Positions 55,991 through 64,000 of a stretch of 64,000 nt of DNA are shown piece by piece. Within the stretch, counting starts at the first letter, position 1. Every line of letters begins with the position of its first letter. Location: assembly GCA_963805545.1 (NCBI GenBank), contig CAWDUU010000002.1, positions 1,859 to 65,858 on the forward strand. The letters are read 5' to 3'. The translations under genes were made by a program, and so were the position numbers. The stretch is from an uncultured Actinomycetes bacterium (lineage in GTDB: Bacteria; Actinomycetota; Thermoleophilia; Gaiellales; JAICJC01). The notes under the pieces are model-generated. The model had not been told where the DNA came from. It did not search any database and saw only the letters and a program-made list of their open reading frames with translations.

Positions 55991-56821
55991 TCAGCGCTCG
56001 AGCGTGACCGCGTTACGCAGCGTGCCGACCCCGTCGACGGTGATCTCGACGAGGTCGCCCTCGCGCAGGTAGCGCGGCGGGACGCGCGAGTCGCCCACAC
56101 CGCCGGGCGTGCCGGTCGCGATGACGGTGCCCGCCTCGAGCGTGACGCCGGCCGAGCAGTAGACGATCAGGTCGACGATCGAGAAGATCAGGTTGGCCGT
56201 GTTCGAGTCCTGCATCGTCTCGCCCGAGACGACGGTGCGGATGCCGATCGCCTCGAGGTCGAGGTCCTCGGCCCGGGCCACGCACGGGCCCATCGGCGCG
56301 AAGGTGTCGAAGCTCTTGCCGAGCGTGAACTGGCGAAGCGGCGTCTCGAGCTGGGCCCGGCGGCCGGAGACGTCGTGGATGCAGGTGATGCCGCCCACGG
56401 CTGCGCGGGCCTCCTCTGGCGAGGCGCGGAAGATCGTGCGGCCGAGAATGACGCCGACCTCTCCCTCGTAGTCCGGGCGGGTCTCCTCGCGCGGGACGAC
56501 GATGGGCTCGCCGGTGCCGACGAGCGCCGACGGCAGCTTGGCGAAGACGACCGGAACCTCCGGGAGGTCGAGCTCCGACTCCTCGGCGTGGTCGCGGTAG
56601 TTGAGCCCGATCGCGATCAGGCTGCGCGGCACGGTCGGGTGCAGGAGGCGCACGCCCGCGAGCGGGTGGGTCGTCCCCGACGCGGCGGCGATCTGCTCCC
56701 AGCCCTCGTCGGAGGGGATGAACCCCTCGGGCGGGGCCGCGCCGGCGTCGACGACCGTGTCGCCGTCGAGGCGGCCGAGCCGGGCCCCACCGCCGTCGTC
56801 GGCGTAGCGGACCGCCCTCAT
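55991..56821 (-). CDS. Fumarylacetoacetate hydrolase (FAH) family protein
   Basis: ATG 56821 (ATGA overlap). GLNYRDHAEE, DYEGEVGVILG, TGTPGGVG. Confidence 0.85.
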   Translation of the reverse strand: MRAVRYADDGGGARLGRLDGDTVVDAGAAPPEGFIPSDEGWEQIAAASGTTHPLAGVRLLHPTVPRSLIAIGLNYRDHAEESELDLPEVPVVFAKLPSALVGTGEPIVVPREETRPDYEGEVGVILGRTIFRASPEEARAAVGGITCIHDVSGRRAQLETPLRQFTLGKSFDTFAPMGPCVARAEDLDLEAIGIRTVVSGETMQDSNTANLIFSIVDLIVYCSAGVTLEAGTVIATGTPGGVGDSRVPPRYLREGDLVEITVDGVGTLRNAVTLER

Positions 56822-57189
56822 CGTCCCTGCCCGGTGCGCAGCACCTTGAGCGCGTTGATCGCCCGCGGGATGCCGGTGTAGGGGGCGGTCTGGAGGATGG
56901 CCTCCTCGATGTCGGAGTCGGGGACGTCGATCGCGCGCAGGGCGTCGATGTGGGCGGCGACCTGGGGGTCGGAGCTGCCGAGGCCCGTCAGGAGCGCGAG
57001 GATGATGAGCTCGCGCTCGCGCGGGCTGAGGTGCGGGCGTACGTGGACGTCGCCGAAGACCCAGTCGACGAGCCAGCTCGCCATCGGCTCGTCCATCCGC
57101 TCGAGGAACGCGTCGCCGCCCGGGTGGTCGCCGAGCTCCTTCAGGCGCTTGAGGCCGCGGGCGCGGCGGTCTGGATCGGCGTCGGTCAT
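56818..57189 (-). CDS. Carboxymuconolactone decarboxylase (CMD/AhpD-like) family protein
   Basis: GGAGG before ATG 57189. LSPRERELIILALLTGLG...QTAPYTGIPRAINAL. Confidence 0.8.
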   Translation of the reverse strand: MTDADPDRRARGLKRLKELGDHPGGDAFLERMDEPMASWLVDWVFGDVHVRPHLSPRERELIILALLTGLGSSDPQVAAHIDALRAIDVPDSDIEEAILQTAPYTGIPRAINALKVLRTGQGR

Positions 57190-57217
57190 GCGGCCTCCTA
57201 CGATACTGTCTCCGGCC

Positions 57218-58075
57218 GTGGCGGATCGGCGGGTACGCGTGGTCGACGAGGGAGCCCCGGCCTGGGGGCGGCTCGACGGCGACGAGATCGAGCTCGACTC
57301 GGGCCGGCGGATCGCCGCCGCGGGCGCCGAGTACCTGGCGCCGGTCGAGCCGACCAAGATCATCGCCACCCACCTCACCTACCGGAGCCGGGTCGAGGAG
57401 TACGCCGCGCGCACGCCGGCCGAGCCGTCGTACTTCATGAAGCCGCTCTCGACGCTGAACGGCCACGGCGGCGTGCTGCGGCGGCCGCGGGGCGCGCGGT
57501 TTCTGAACTACGAGGGCGAGGTGGCGGCGGTCATCGGCCGGCGCATGCACGGCGTTTCCGAGGCGGAGGCGCTCTCGTACGTGGCCGGGTACGCGCCCGC
57601 CAACGACGTCGGCCTGCACGACTTCCGCCACGCCGACCGCGGCTCGATGCTGCGGGTGAAGGGGCAGGACGGCTTCTGCCCGATCGGGCCCGCGCTGACC
57701 GCCGCCGAGGACTTCGACCCGACCGGCTTCGAGATCCGCACCTTTCTCAACGGCGACGTGGTGCAGGAGGGCACGGCGGCCGACCTGATCTGGCCGATCG
57801 CCTACCTGCTCGCCGACCTGGCCCGCACGATCACGCTGGAGCCGGGCGACGTCGTCCTCACGGGCACGCCGGCCAACTCGCGGCCGATGGAGCCGGGCGA
57901 CGTCGTGGCGGTCGAGGTCACGGGCCTGGGGCGGCTGGAGAACCGGGTCGTGGACTGGGACGTCGACCTGTCGGGGCCGGGCGAGCAGCTTCAGGTCTCG
58001 GCGAACACGCTGCACGTGGCGCTTGCGATGCCCGAGGACGAGGCCGAAACGGCCGTGCGCTCGGGCCGTTCCTAG
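57218..58075 (+). CDS. FAH-family protein, HpaG/HpcE-like isomerase-decarboxylase domain
   Basis: GTG 57218. NYEGEVAAVIG, KGQDGFCPIGP, LTGTPAN. Divergent from the CMD gene with only 28 nt between them. Confidence 0.8.
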   Translation: MADRRVRVVDEGAPAWGRLDGDEIELDSGRRIAAAGAEYLAPVEPTKIIATHLTYRSRVEEYAARTPAEPSYFMKPLSTLNGHGGVLRRPRGARFLNYEGEVAAVIGRRMHGVSEAEALSYVAGYAPANDVGLHDFRHADRGSMLRVKGQDGFCPIGPALTAAEDFDPTGFEIRTFLNGDVVQEGTAADLIWPIAYLLADLARTITLEPGDVVLTGTPANSRPMEPGDVVAVEVTGLGRLENRVVDWDVDLSGPGEQLQVSANTLHVALAMPEDEAETAVRSGRS

Positions 58076-58087
58076 CGTACTGTATCC
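58075..58087. promoter_or_regulatory. Half-conserved GntR operator (GCGTAC-T-GTATCC)
   Basis: Sits just upstream of GTG 58096. The right half is identical to the sites at 60361 and 60424, and it contains the same TACTGT hexamer. Confidence 0.4.
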
Positions 58088-58095
58088 AGTGTCCA

Positions 58096-58734
58096 GTGCC
58101 CGTTCGGCCCATCCAGATCGCAAGCGTCGTCGACCAGGTCCACGCCGCGCTGCGCGAGCAGATCCTGTCGGGGGAGCTGGAACGGGGCTCGCGGCTGCCG
58201 CAGGAGACGCTCGCCGCTGAGCTCGGCGTGTCGCGGACCCCGCTCCGCGAGGCCCTGCGGCGGCTGGCCGGCGAGGGCCTCGTCACGCTTCAGCCGAACC
58301 ACGGCGCCACGGTCGCCCAGCTCGACTTCGGCGACATGCGCGACGCCTGGACCGCGCGGCTCGTGATCGAGCCGCCCGCCGCGCGGATGGGCGCCGAGCG
58401 GCAGCCGGAATCCGAGCTCGGCCGGATGCGGGCCGCGATCGAGGCGCAGCGGTCGAACGGCGACCCGGCGGCGAGCCTCGACGCCAACCGCGAGTTCCAC
58501 CTCGCGCTCGTCGCCACGTCGGGGAACCGGCACCTCATCCATCTGGCGGAGCTCCTGTGGGTTGCCCGGATCAGCGTCGCGATCTACACGGCCCAGGCCG
58601 CTCAGGCGGGCGGCACCGGCGCGTGGGCCGGCGAGCACGACGGCATCCTGGCGGCGATGACGGCCGGCGACGCCGACGAGGCGGAGCGGCTCACCCGCGA
58701 GCACATCGACCGCCACCCGCCGGTCGAGGGCTGA
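58096..58734 (+). CDS. GntR-family regulator (FadR/FCD subfamily) of the aromatic cluster
   Basis: GTG 58096. LPQETLAAELGVSRTPLREALRRLAGEGLV, then an FCD-type helical domain. Confidence 0.8.
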   Translation: MPVRPIQIASVVDQVHAALREQILSGELERGSRLPQETLAAELGVSRTPLREALRRLAGEGLVTLQPNHGATVAQLDFGDMRDAWTARLVIEPPAARMGAERQPESELGRMRAAIEAQRSNGDPAASLDANREFHLALVATSGNRHLIHLAELLWVARISVAIYTAQAAQAGGTGAWAGEHDGILAAMTAGDADEAERLTREHIDRHPPVEG

Positions 58735-58744
58735 GCGCAATTCC

Positions 58745-58776
58745 GGGGTCAGGCACGCAATTGCGTGCCTGACCCC
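58745..58776. terminator. 14-bp perfect hairpin between convergent genes (core of the long nested palindromic element 58735-58787)
   Basis: GGGGTCAGGCACGC-AATT-GCGTGCCTGACCCC. Flanked by GCGCAA...TGTTGCGT, as in the element at 32008. Confidence 0.6.
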
Positions 58777-58785
58777 GCTGTTGCG

Positions 58786-60327
58786 TTAGATGGCCGTGTC
58801 CGGCGGGGCCGGCGTGAAGTCGACGTTCTCGTCGAGCGGCGGGACGCCGCGGTGCTCGGCCGCGTGGGCCGCGGCGTTTCGCACCCTGTCGGGCCGGGTC
58901 ACCTGGACGATCCCGAACCACACGCCGGCGATCACCACCACCGTGAGCGACCAGTAGAAGGCCAGCCAGTTGGGGTTGTCGCCGTTGTGCGGCCCCGGGT
59001 GAAGCGCGCCGTAGAAGCCGAGCAGCGGCGTGGCGATGGCGACGAGGATCACGGCGTATTGCCACCACACCGCCTGGCCCTGCATCGCGAGCCGGATCGC
59101 CGCGAGCGCCAGGATCAGGTAGACCAGCTCGATGGCGAACGAGCCCGCGGTCGCCGAGACGACGAACGCCGAGAACTCCTTCGTCCCGAAGATCGGGACG
59201 AACTTGTTCATCCAGCCGGTGGCGCCGACCACGAAGACCAGGAAACCCCACCCGACGCACACGACCAGGTTGCCGACCCAGGGCGTCTCGTAGCGCGACG
59301 TCTTGGCGAAGAACGACGGCAGGAGGCCGTCGCGGCCGAGGGCGAAGTAGCCGCGGCCGATGGTGACGCAGATTGCGAGCGCCAGCCCCATCGCGTCGAG
59401 GACGACCACCAGGTCGATGATCGTCGCAAGCCACGAGCCGACGTAGCGGGTCGCCATCGTGTCGAGGTACGCCGGGTCGGAGATCCACTTGCCCGCCTCG
59501 AGAGCCGACTTGCCGTAGCCGATCGCGATCGCGTACGACATGACGACGTAGAAGGCCGCCGACGCCGCGATCGTGCCGAGCACCGCGCGCGGGATCGAGC
59601 GGTGCGGATCGCTCGACTCCTCGCCGATCGAGGCGGCAGCCTCGAAGCCGACGAAGAGCAGGATGCCGACCAGGATGCCGCCCAGGACACCGCCGCCGGT
59701 GACGCCGAGCAGCGAGGTCTCGCCCGGGTTGAAGACCGTGAGCGAGTTGCCGCTGTCGCCGCCCTTCACGATGATCGCGAGCGCGAGGAACAGCATCGGG
59801 ATGAACGAGCAGGCGGCGAACGTGAGCATCGCCCGCAGCGCGAGCCGCACCCCCAGGTAGTTCATGACGAGCACGATGGCGAGCGCGATCGTGCCGAACA
59901 CCCACCAGGCCGGGGCGTTCGACGCATCGCCGACGTGGGCGGCCCAGAACCCGTTCGCCAGGATCCCGAGACCGAGGTAGATGCCGCCGCCGCCCAGGAA
60001 GAGCGTGCCGACGAAGAAAAGGCCGGCGGTGAAGATGCCCACGGCCGGATGGGCCCCGTGGGTGAGGTACTCGTAGACGGCGCCGGCGCCGGCGAAGCGG
60101 CGCGCGTACATCGCAAGCACGTAGCCGATCGAGAGGACGCCGAGGCCGGCCAGGAGCACCGAGAGCGGCGTGTTCCAGGCCGCGCCCGTGGCCGGGCTCG
60201 ACACGAGGCTGAGGACGATCGCCGTCGAGAACATCGGCCCGATGGCGAGCGCCTGGGCGACGGCGTGGATCGTTGAGAGGTTCTTCTCGCCGAGCTGCGC
60301 GTGCGCTGCCGGTGGGTCGCTTGCCAT
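58786..60327 (-). CDS. APC-superfamily amino acid/aromatic acid permease
   Basis: ATG 60327, 6 nt after AGGGAGG. 12-13 helices, with FVGFEAAASIGEE typical of the APC family. Confidence 0.85.
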   Translation of the reverse strand: MASDPPAAHAQLGEKNLSTIHAVAQALAIGPMFSTAIVLSLVSSPATGAAWNTPLSVLLAGLGVLSIGYVLAMYARRFAGAGAVYEYLTHGAHPAVGIFTAGLFFVGTLFLGGGGIYLGLGILANGFWAAHVGDASNAPAWWVFGTIALAIVLVMNYLGVRLALRAMLTFAACSFIPMLFLALAIIVKGGDSGNSLTVFNPGETSLLGVTGGGVLGGILVGILLFVGFEAAASIGEESSDPHRSIPRAVLGTIAASAAFYVVMSYAIAIGYGKSALEAGKWISDPAYLDTMATRYVGSWLATIIDLVVVLDAMGLALAICVTIGRGYFALGRDGLLPSFFAKTSRYETPWVGNLVVCVGWGFLVFVVGATGWMNKFVPIFGTKEFSAFVVSATAGSFAIELVYLILALAAIRLAMQGQAVWWQYAVILVAIATPLLGFYGALHPGPHNGDNPNWLAFYWSLTVVVIAGVWFGIVQVTRPDRVRNAAAHAAEHRGVPPLDENVDFTPAPPDTAI

Positions 60328-60360
60328 ATGCATCCTCCCTTTCCGAGGCGAGCGGAGAGT

Positions 60361-60436
60361 GGATACAGTATTCACACCGGCGACCCGGCGTCAAGACCCG
60401 CGCTTGACGCATTCACGACCCGCGGATACTGTATCC
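60361..60436. promoter_or_regulatory. Divergent promoter pair, each TTGACG-17/18-TACTGT, each overlapped by a GGATAC-N-GTATCC palindrome
   Basis: Plus strand: TTGACG 60404-60409, TACTGT 60427-60432, operator GGATACTGTATCC 60424-60436. Minus strand: TTGACG (rc) 60389-60394, TACTGT (rc) 60365-60370, operator GGATACAGTATTC 60361-60373. Confidence 0.6.
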
Positions 60437-60443
60437 AATCCCG

Positions 60444-61373
60444 GTGATGAAGCTCCTGAAGATCGACCACGTGTGCCTGAACGTGGCCGACGTGCGCGAC
60501 GCGGCGACCCGGTATGCGCTCCAGTTCGGGCTCCAGGTGCGCGAGCTGGGCGACGATCGCGCGACGCTGGCCTGCGACTACGAGCCCTACTCGCTCGAGC
60601 TCGTGCGCGGCGAGCCGCTCGGTCAGGCCCACACCGCCTGGCAGCTGCGGCGGTCGAGCTCGCTCGACGAGGCTCGCGCACACCTGGCGGCGGTGGCCGG
60701 CGCCAATTGGCGAGACGAGCGCGAGACGCTCGTCGTCACCGACCCGGAGGGGTTCGAGCACCACATCGTGGCCCACCGCGACGACGCAGACCGGCGGCCG
60801 GCGATCGCGCGGCAGACGACCTCGCTGGGCGGCCTCCGGCCGCGCAAGCTCGGCCACATCAACCGGCTCACGGCCGACATCGACGCCGCGACCCGCTTCC
60901 ACACCGAGGTGCTCGGCATGGAGATCGCCGACTACCTGGGCGACGCCGGCATCTGGTTCCACGTGAACGCCGAGCACCACCAGATGGCGCTCGTGCGAAG
61001 CCCGTTTCCCCACTTCCACCACCTGGCGTTCGACTACTACGATTTCGGCACGCTGCGAAGCCTCTTCGACAACGTCGCCCAGCACGGCCGCTGGCTGGCC
61101 TGGGGGCCGGTGCGGCACGGGATCGCGCAGAACATCTGCGGGTACGTGCGGATCACCGAGGAGCCGCTGCTCGTCGAGTGCTACGTCGACATGGAGCAGC
61201 TCGAGCCCGACCACGAGCCGCGGCAGTGGCCCGACGACCGCTTCTCGTCGAACACGTGGGGCCCGCTGCCGCCGCGCTCGTACTTCCGATTCGACGAGGA
61301 GGCCGTCCGGTACGAGCGCGACAGCCTCGAGATGCAGGGCGAGAAGCTCCCGCCCCTGGAGGTGCACACCTGA
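60444..61373 (+). CDS. Type I extradiol ring-cleavage dioxygenase (VOC fold; homoprotocatechuate/catechol 2,3-dioxygenase-like)
   Basis: Two VOC modules (IDHVCLNVADV... and LGHINRLTADIDAATRFHTEVLGM). HHQMAL/FHHLAF metal-ligand contexts. Confidence 0.85.
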   Translation: MMKLLKIDHVCLNVADVRDAATRYALQFGLQVRELGDDRATLACDYEPYSLELVRGEPLGQAHTAWQLRRSSSLDEARAHLAAVAGANWRDERETLVVTDPEGFEHHIVAHRDDADRRPAIARQTTSLGGLRPRKLGHINRLTADIDAATRFHTEVLGMEIADYLGDAGIWFHVNAEHHQMALVRSPFPHFHHLAFDYYDFGTLRSLFDNVAQHGRWLAWGPVRHGIAQNICGYVRITEEPLLVECYVDMEQLEPDHEPRQWPDDRFSSNTWGPLPPRSYFRFDEEAVRYERDSLEMQGEKLPPLEVHT

Positions 61374-62830
61374 TGGCGACGACCGAGAAGACCGTGGCGG
61401 CCCGGACCGGCGAGCAGTTTCTCGACGGCCTGCGCGGGGACGCGCGCGAGATCTGGCTGAACGGGGAGAAGGTCACCCACCCGCTGGAGCATCCCGCCCT
61501 CGAGGCGGCCGCGCGGACGATGGCGCGGGTCTACGACCTCCAGCACGAGCACGCGGGCGAGATGCTCGCGCCGGCGCCCGACACCGGCGCGCTCGTGAAC
61601 GTCACCCACCTGATCCCGCGCTCGAAGGAGGACCTCGAGCGGCGCCGGCGGGCGGTGGAGCTGACCGCCGCGCTCACGGCCGGGCTGATGGGGCGGACGC
61701 CCGACTACCTGAACGTCACCTTCGCCTGTTTCGCGGGCCGCTCGGACGTGTGGGCGCGGCGGGGGAATGACGAGGGGGCGGCCAACATCGTCGCCTACCA
61801 GCGCGAGATGCGCGACCGCGACCTCTCGACGACGCACTCGATCATGAACCCGCAGGTCGACCGCACGAAGCCCGAGGCCGAGCAGGCCGCCGGCGAGGTG
61901 GCGCTGCACAAGATCGGCGAGACCGAGAGCCACATCACGGTGCGCGGGGCGCGGATGCTGGCGACGCTGGCCCCGTACGCCGACGAGCTCACGATCTACC
62001 CGGGGTCGGACATCCGCCCGCAGGACGGCCGCTACGCGCTCTCGTTTGCGATCCCGATGGGGACGCCGGGGCTCAAGTTCATCTGCCGCGACTCGTACTC
62101 GAAGCAGCGCGACCCGTTCGACTACCCGCTCTCGTCGCGCTTCGACGAGATGGACGCGGTGGCGATCTTCGACGACGTCGAGGTGCCGAAGAGCCGCGTC
62201 TTCCTCGACGGCGACACGGTCGGCTACTCGGAGGTCATCTCCGACACCGGCTGGCGCGGCCACATCATGCACCAGGCGTTCACGCGCGCGTACGTCAAGC
62301 TCTCGTTCGCGTTCGGGCTGGGGCACCTGATCGCCAACACGACCGGCGTGGGGCGGTTCGACCACATTCAGGAGAAGCTCGGGCAGATGTGGAACATGGT
62401 CGAGCTGACGCGCTCGGCGCTCGTGTCGGCCGAGGCGGGGTCGTTCCTCGACGAGGGCGGCGTGTGGTACCCCGACGACCGCCCGTTCCTGGCCCTGCGC
62501 GGCCAGATGCCGAAGTGGCTGCCGTACTGCAACGAGCTGCTCCAGCTGATCGGCGGCGGCGGCTTCATGTGCACGCCCTCGGTCGCCGACATGGAGGGGC
62601 CGATGGCCGAGGCGATCGCCAAGTACTACCAGGCGGGCGGGGCCGACGCCGAGCGGCGGATCCGGCTCTTCCGGCTGGCGTGGGACTACATCGGCTCCGA
62701 CCTGGGCGGGCGCGGCGAGCTCTACGAGCGCTTCTACCTCTCCGACTCGTGGCGCATGACGGCGCTCGCCTACAAGCTGGCCGACAAGGCCTTCGCCGAG
62801 TCGCTGGTGGAGCAGTTCCTGCATGAGTAG
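61373..62830 (+). CDS. hpaB: 4-hydroxyphenylacetate 3-monooxygenase, oxygenase component (HpaB family)
   Basis: ATG 61373 (TGATG overlap). ARTGEQFLDGLRGDAREIWLNGEKV, GRTPDYLN, IFDDVEVP, about 485 aa. Confidence 0.9.
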   Translation: MATTEKTVAARTGEQFLDGLRGDAREIWLNGEKVTHPLEHPALEAAARTMARVYDLQHEHAGEMLAPAPDTGALVNVTHLIPRSKEDLERRRRAVELTAALTAGLMGRTPDYLNVTFACFAGRSDVWARRGNDEGAANIVAYQREMRDRDLSTTHSIMNPQVDRTKPEAEQAAGEVALHKIGETESHITVRGARMLATLAPYADELTIYPGSDIRPQDGRYALSFAIPMGTPGLKFICRDSYSKQRDPFDYPLSSRFDEMDAVAIFDDVEVPKSRVFLDGDTVGYSEVISDTGWRGHIMHQAFTRAYVKLSFAFGLGHLIANTTGVGRFDHIQEKLGQMWNMVELTRSALVSAEAGSFLDEGGVWYPDDRPFLALRGQMPKWLPYCNELLQLIGGGGFMCTPSVADMEGPMAEAIAKYYQAGGADAERRIRLFRLAWDYIGSDLGGRGELYERFYLSDSWRMTALAYKLADKAFAESLVEQFLHE

Positions 62831-63611
62831 CCAGCGGGGCTACTCGCTTCCGCTGTCCCCCGGCGGGACCGCGTCGCTCGTCCCGGCGCCGCCGTGGCAC
62901 TACGTGGGCGACTTCCTTGTGATCGAGTACTGGGCGGAACCCGAGGCGGTGGCGGCGGTGCTGCCTTCGGGGCTCGAGCCGTTCGCGGAGGATCCGGGCC
63001 GGTGCGCGGCGCTCTTCGTCGACTGGCAGTCGTGCTCGGAGGGCGGCGAGGAGCTGGTCGATCCGGCGCGGGGGCAGTACAAGGAGTTCTTCCTGGTGGT
63101 GGCGGCGTCGCTCGGCGGCGAGGCCGTGACGACGTGCCCCTACATCTGGGTCGACCGCGACTTCGCGCTCGTGCGAGGGTGGATCCAGGGCTTCCCGAAG
63201 AAGCTCGGCCAGATCGAGATGACGCGCTCGTTCGGGCTCGACTGCCTCGCCGAGGGGCGCACCTTCGCCGGGGTCTGCTCGGCCCACGGCCGGCTGATCG
63301 CGCGGGGCACGGTCACGCCGGAGCGCGAGTCGGAGACGGGGCCGACGCACAACGACCCGCCGCTCGTGAACCGCCGCCACTTCCCGCGCCTCGCGGCGGG
63401 GCGGCACGACGACCCGGCCGTCCACGAGCTGGTGCGGGCGCGCAGCAGCGACCGCTCGATCTCGCCGATCCACGAGGGCCCGGCGACGCTCGAGCTCCAC
63501 GACGCCCCCGGCGAGGAGCACGCCGCGCTCGCCCCGCTCCGGGTCGGCAAGGGCTTCCGCTTCACGTTCGCCTACACGGTGGACGACCTCGAGACGGTGG
63601 CCGAGGCGTAG
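62823..63611 (+). CDS. Acetoacetate decarboxylase (ADC) family protein
   Basis: PPWHYVGDFLVIEYWAEPEAVAAVLP...YKEFFLVV...YIWVDRDFALVRGWIQGFPKK are typical ADC-family blocks. Confidence 0.8.
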   Translation: MSSQRGYSLPLSPGGTASLVPAPPWHYVGDFLVIEYWAEPEAVAAVLPSGLEPFAEDPGRCAALFVDWQSCSEGGEELVDPARGQYKEFFLVVAASLGGEAVTTCPYIWVDRDFALVRGWIQGFPKKLGQIEMTRSFGLDCLAEGRTFAGVCSAHGRLIARGTVTPERESETGPTHNDPPLVNRRHFPRLAAGRHDDPAVHELVRARSSDRSISPIHEGPATLELHDAPGEEHAALAPLRVGKGFRFTFAYTVDDLETVAEA

Positions 63612-63615
63612 GGGT

Positions 63616-63757
63616 GTTACCAGGTAAGGCACCTTTCGCGATGATGATTTTGCGGCATATTCGACACACGTCGGCGGACGCTCCGCCCTCGGGCGACCGT
63701 CGTCTGCAACGGCGGCGTCACGGCCGTGAAACGGCCCCCGATGCGTTACCTGGTAAC
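63616..63757. repeat. 142-bp lower-GC intergenic unit bounded by inverted GTTACCAGGTAA / GTTACCTGGTAAC palindromes
   Basis: 63616-63627 is GTTACCAGGTAA. 63745-63757 is GTTACCTGGTAAC, a perfect 6-1-6 palindrome. The interior is AT-richer (gatgatgattttgcggcatattcgacac). Confidence 0.45.
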
Positions 63758-63768
63758 GAGGGGGCCGC

Positions 63769-64000
63769 ATGAGCACGGTCGCCGGGATCGCCGTCTCGCC
63801 CGACCACTGGATCGGGGGGCGGAGGGTTGCGAGCGAGGGGCGGTTCGAGGATCGCTCGCCGATTGACGAGAGCGTGCTCGCCGAGGTGGCGCGGGCAGGC
63901 CAGGCGGAGGTCGACATGGCGGTCGAGGCGGCGGCCGGCGCCTTCCCGGCATGGGCCGCGCTCGGGCCCGAAGGCCGCGGGCCGTACCTGCGCCGGCTGG
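63769..64000 (+). CDS. Aldehyde dehydrogenase (CHMS dehydrogenase HpaE-like), 5' part, runs off the right edge
   Basis: ATG 63769: MSTVAGIAVSPDHWIGGRRVASEGRFEDRSPIDESVLAEVARAGQAEVDMAVEAAAGAFPAW, a typical ALDH N-terminus. Confidence 0.8.
   Translation, partial: MSTVAGIAVSPDHWIGGRRVASEGRFEDRSPIDESVLAEVARAGQAEVDMAVEAAAGAFPAWAALGPEGRGPYLRRL

Noticed and set aside
1-64000. tRNA, rRNA, tmRNA, RNase P, CRISPR arrays, transposase or integrase genes.
   Set aside because: I saw no cloverleaf-type T-arm consensus outside coding frames, no regularly spaced direct repeats, and no DDE, tyrosine or serine recombinase-like translation in any frame.

Overview
High-GC (about 70%) actinobacterium-like chromosomal segment, possibly Thermoleophilia-like judging by composition and gene content. 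It is densely coded, and many start and stop codons overlap (ATGA, GTGA, TGATG). I support about 60 protein genes and find no tRNA, rRNA or CRISPR array. Left third: housekeeping and signalling genes, including MTHFR, an L,D-transpeptidase, xthA, ftsH, a 1041-aa Zn-ribbon/class III cyclase/AAA/TPR protein, pip, TetR-MFS with AT-rich operators, a standalone eRF1/Pelota-like (baeRF/Vms1-type) protein and a GAF-PAS-GGDEF-EAL protein. Middle: a form-II-like coxS-L-M-G molybdo-hydroxylase operon, TetR-mscL, and a membrane protein/HD/crotonase/flavoprotein operon. A long minus-strand catabolic island follows (SIS deglycase-like, PfkB kinase, class III aminotransferase, two paralogous family-5 binding proteins flanking two permeases, no ATPase), with a divergent LacI gene carrying two frameshifts. 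Next comes a lower-GC 1.5-kb insert holding a decayed RHS/TNT-like polymorphic-toxin remnant, an intact small ORF that may encode immunity, and a second diverged PfkB copy. Right third: MFS-glpK-ACAD, an XRE-TPR protein translationally coupled to a sensor-less HisKA_3 kinase, and a homoprotocatechuate-type cluster (hpaB, extradiol dioxygenase, FAH proteins, GntR) with clear palindromic operators. The most notable observations are the toxin/immunity remnant, the XRE-TPR plus kinase pair, the baeRF gene, clustered single-nucleotide frameshifts (LacI, M20, glpK, epimerase) and two small palindromic repeat families. I did not find a clear-cut novel multi-gene system. All calls rest on reading translations by eye, and start codons are approximate.
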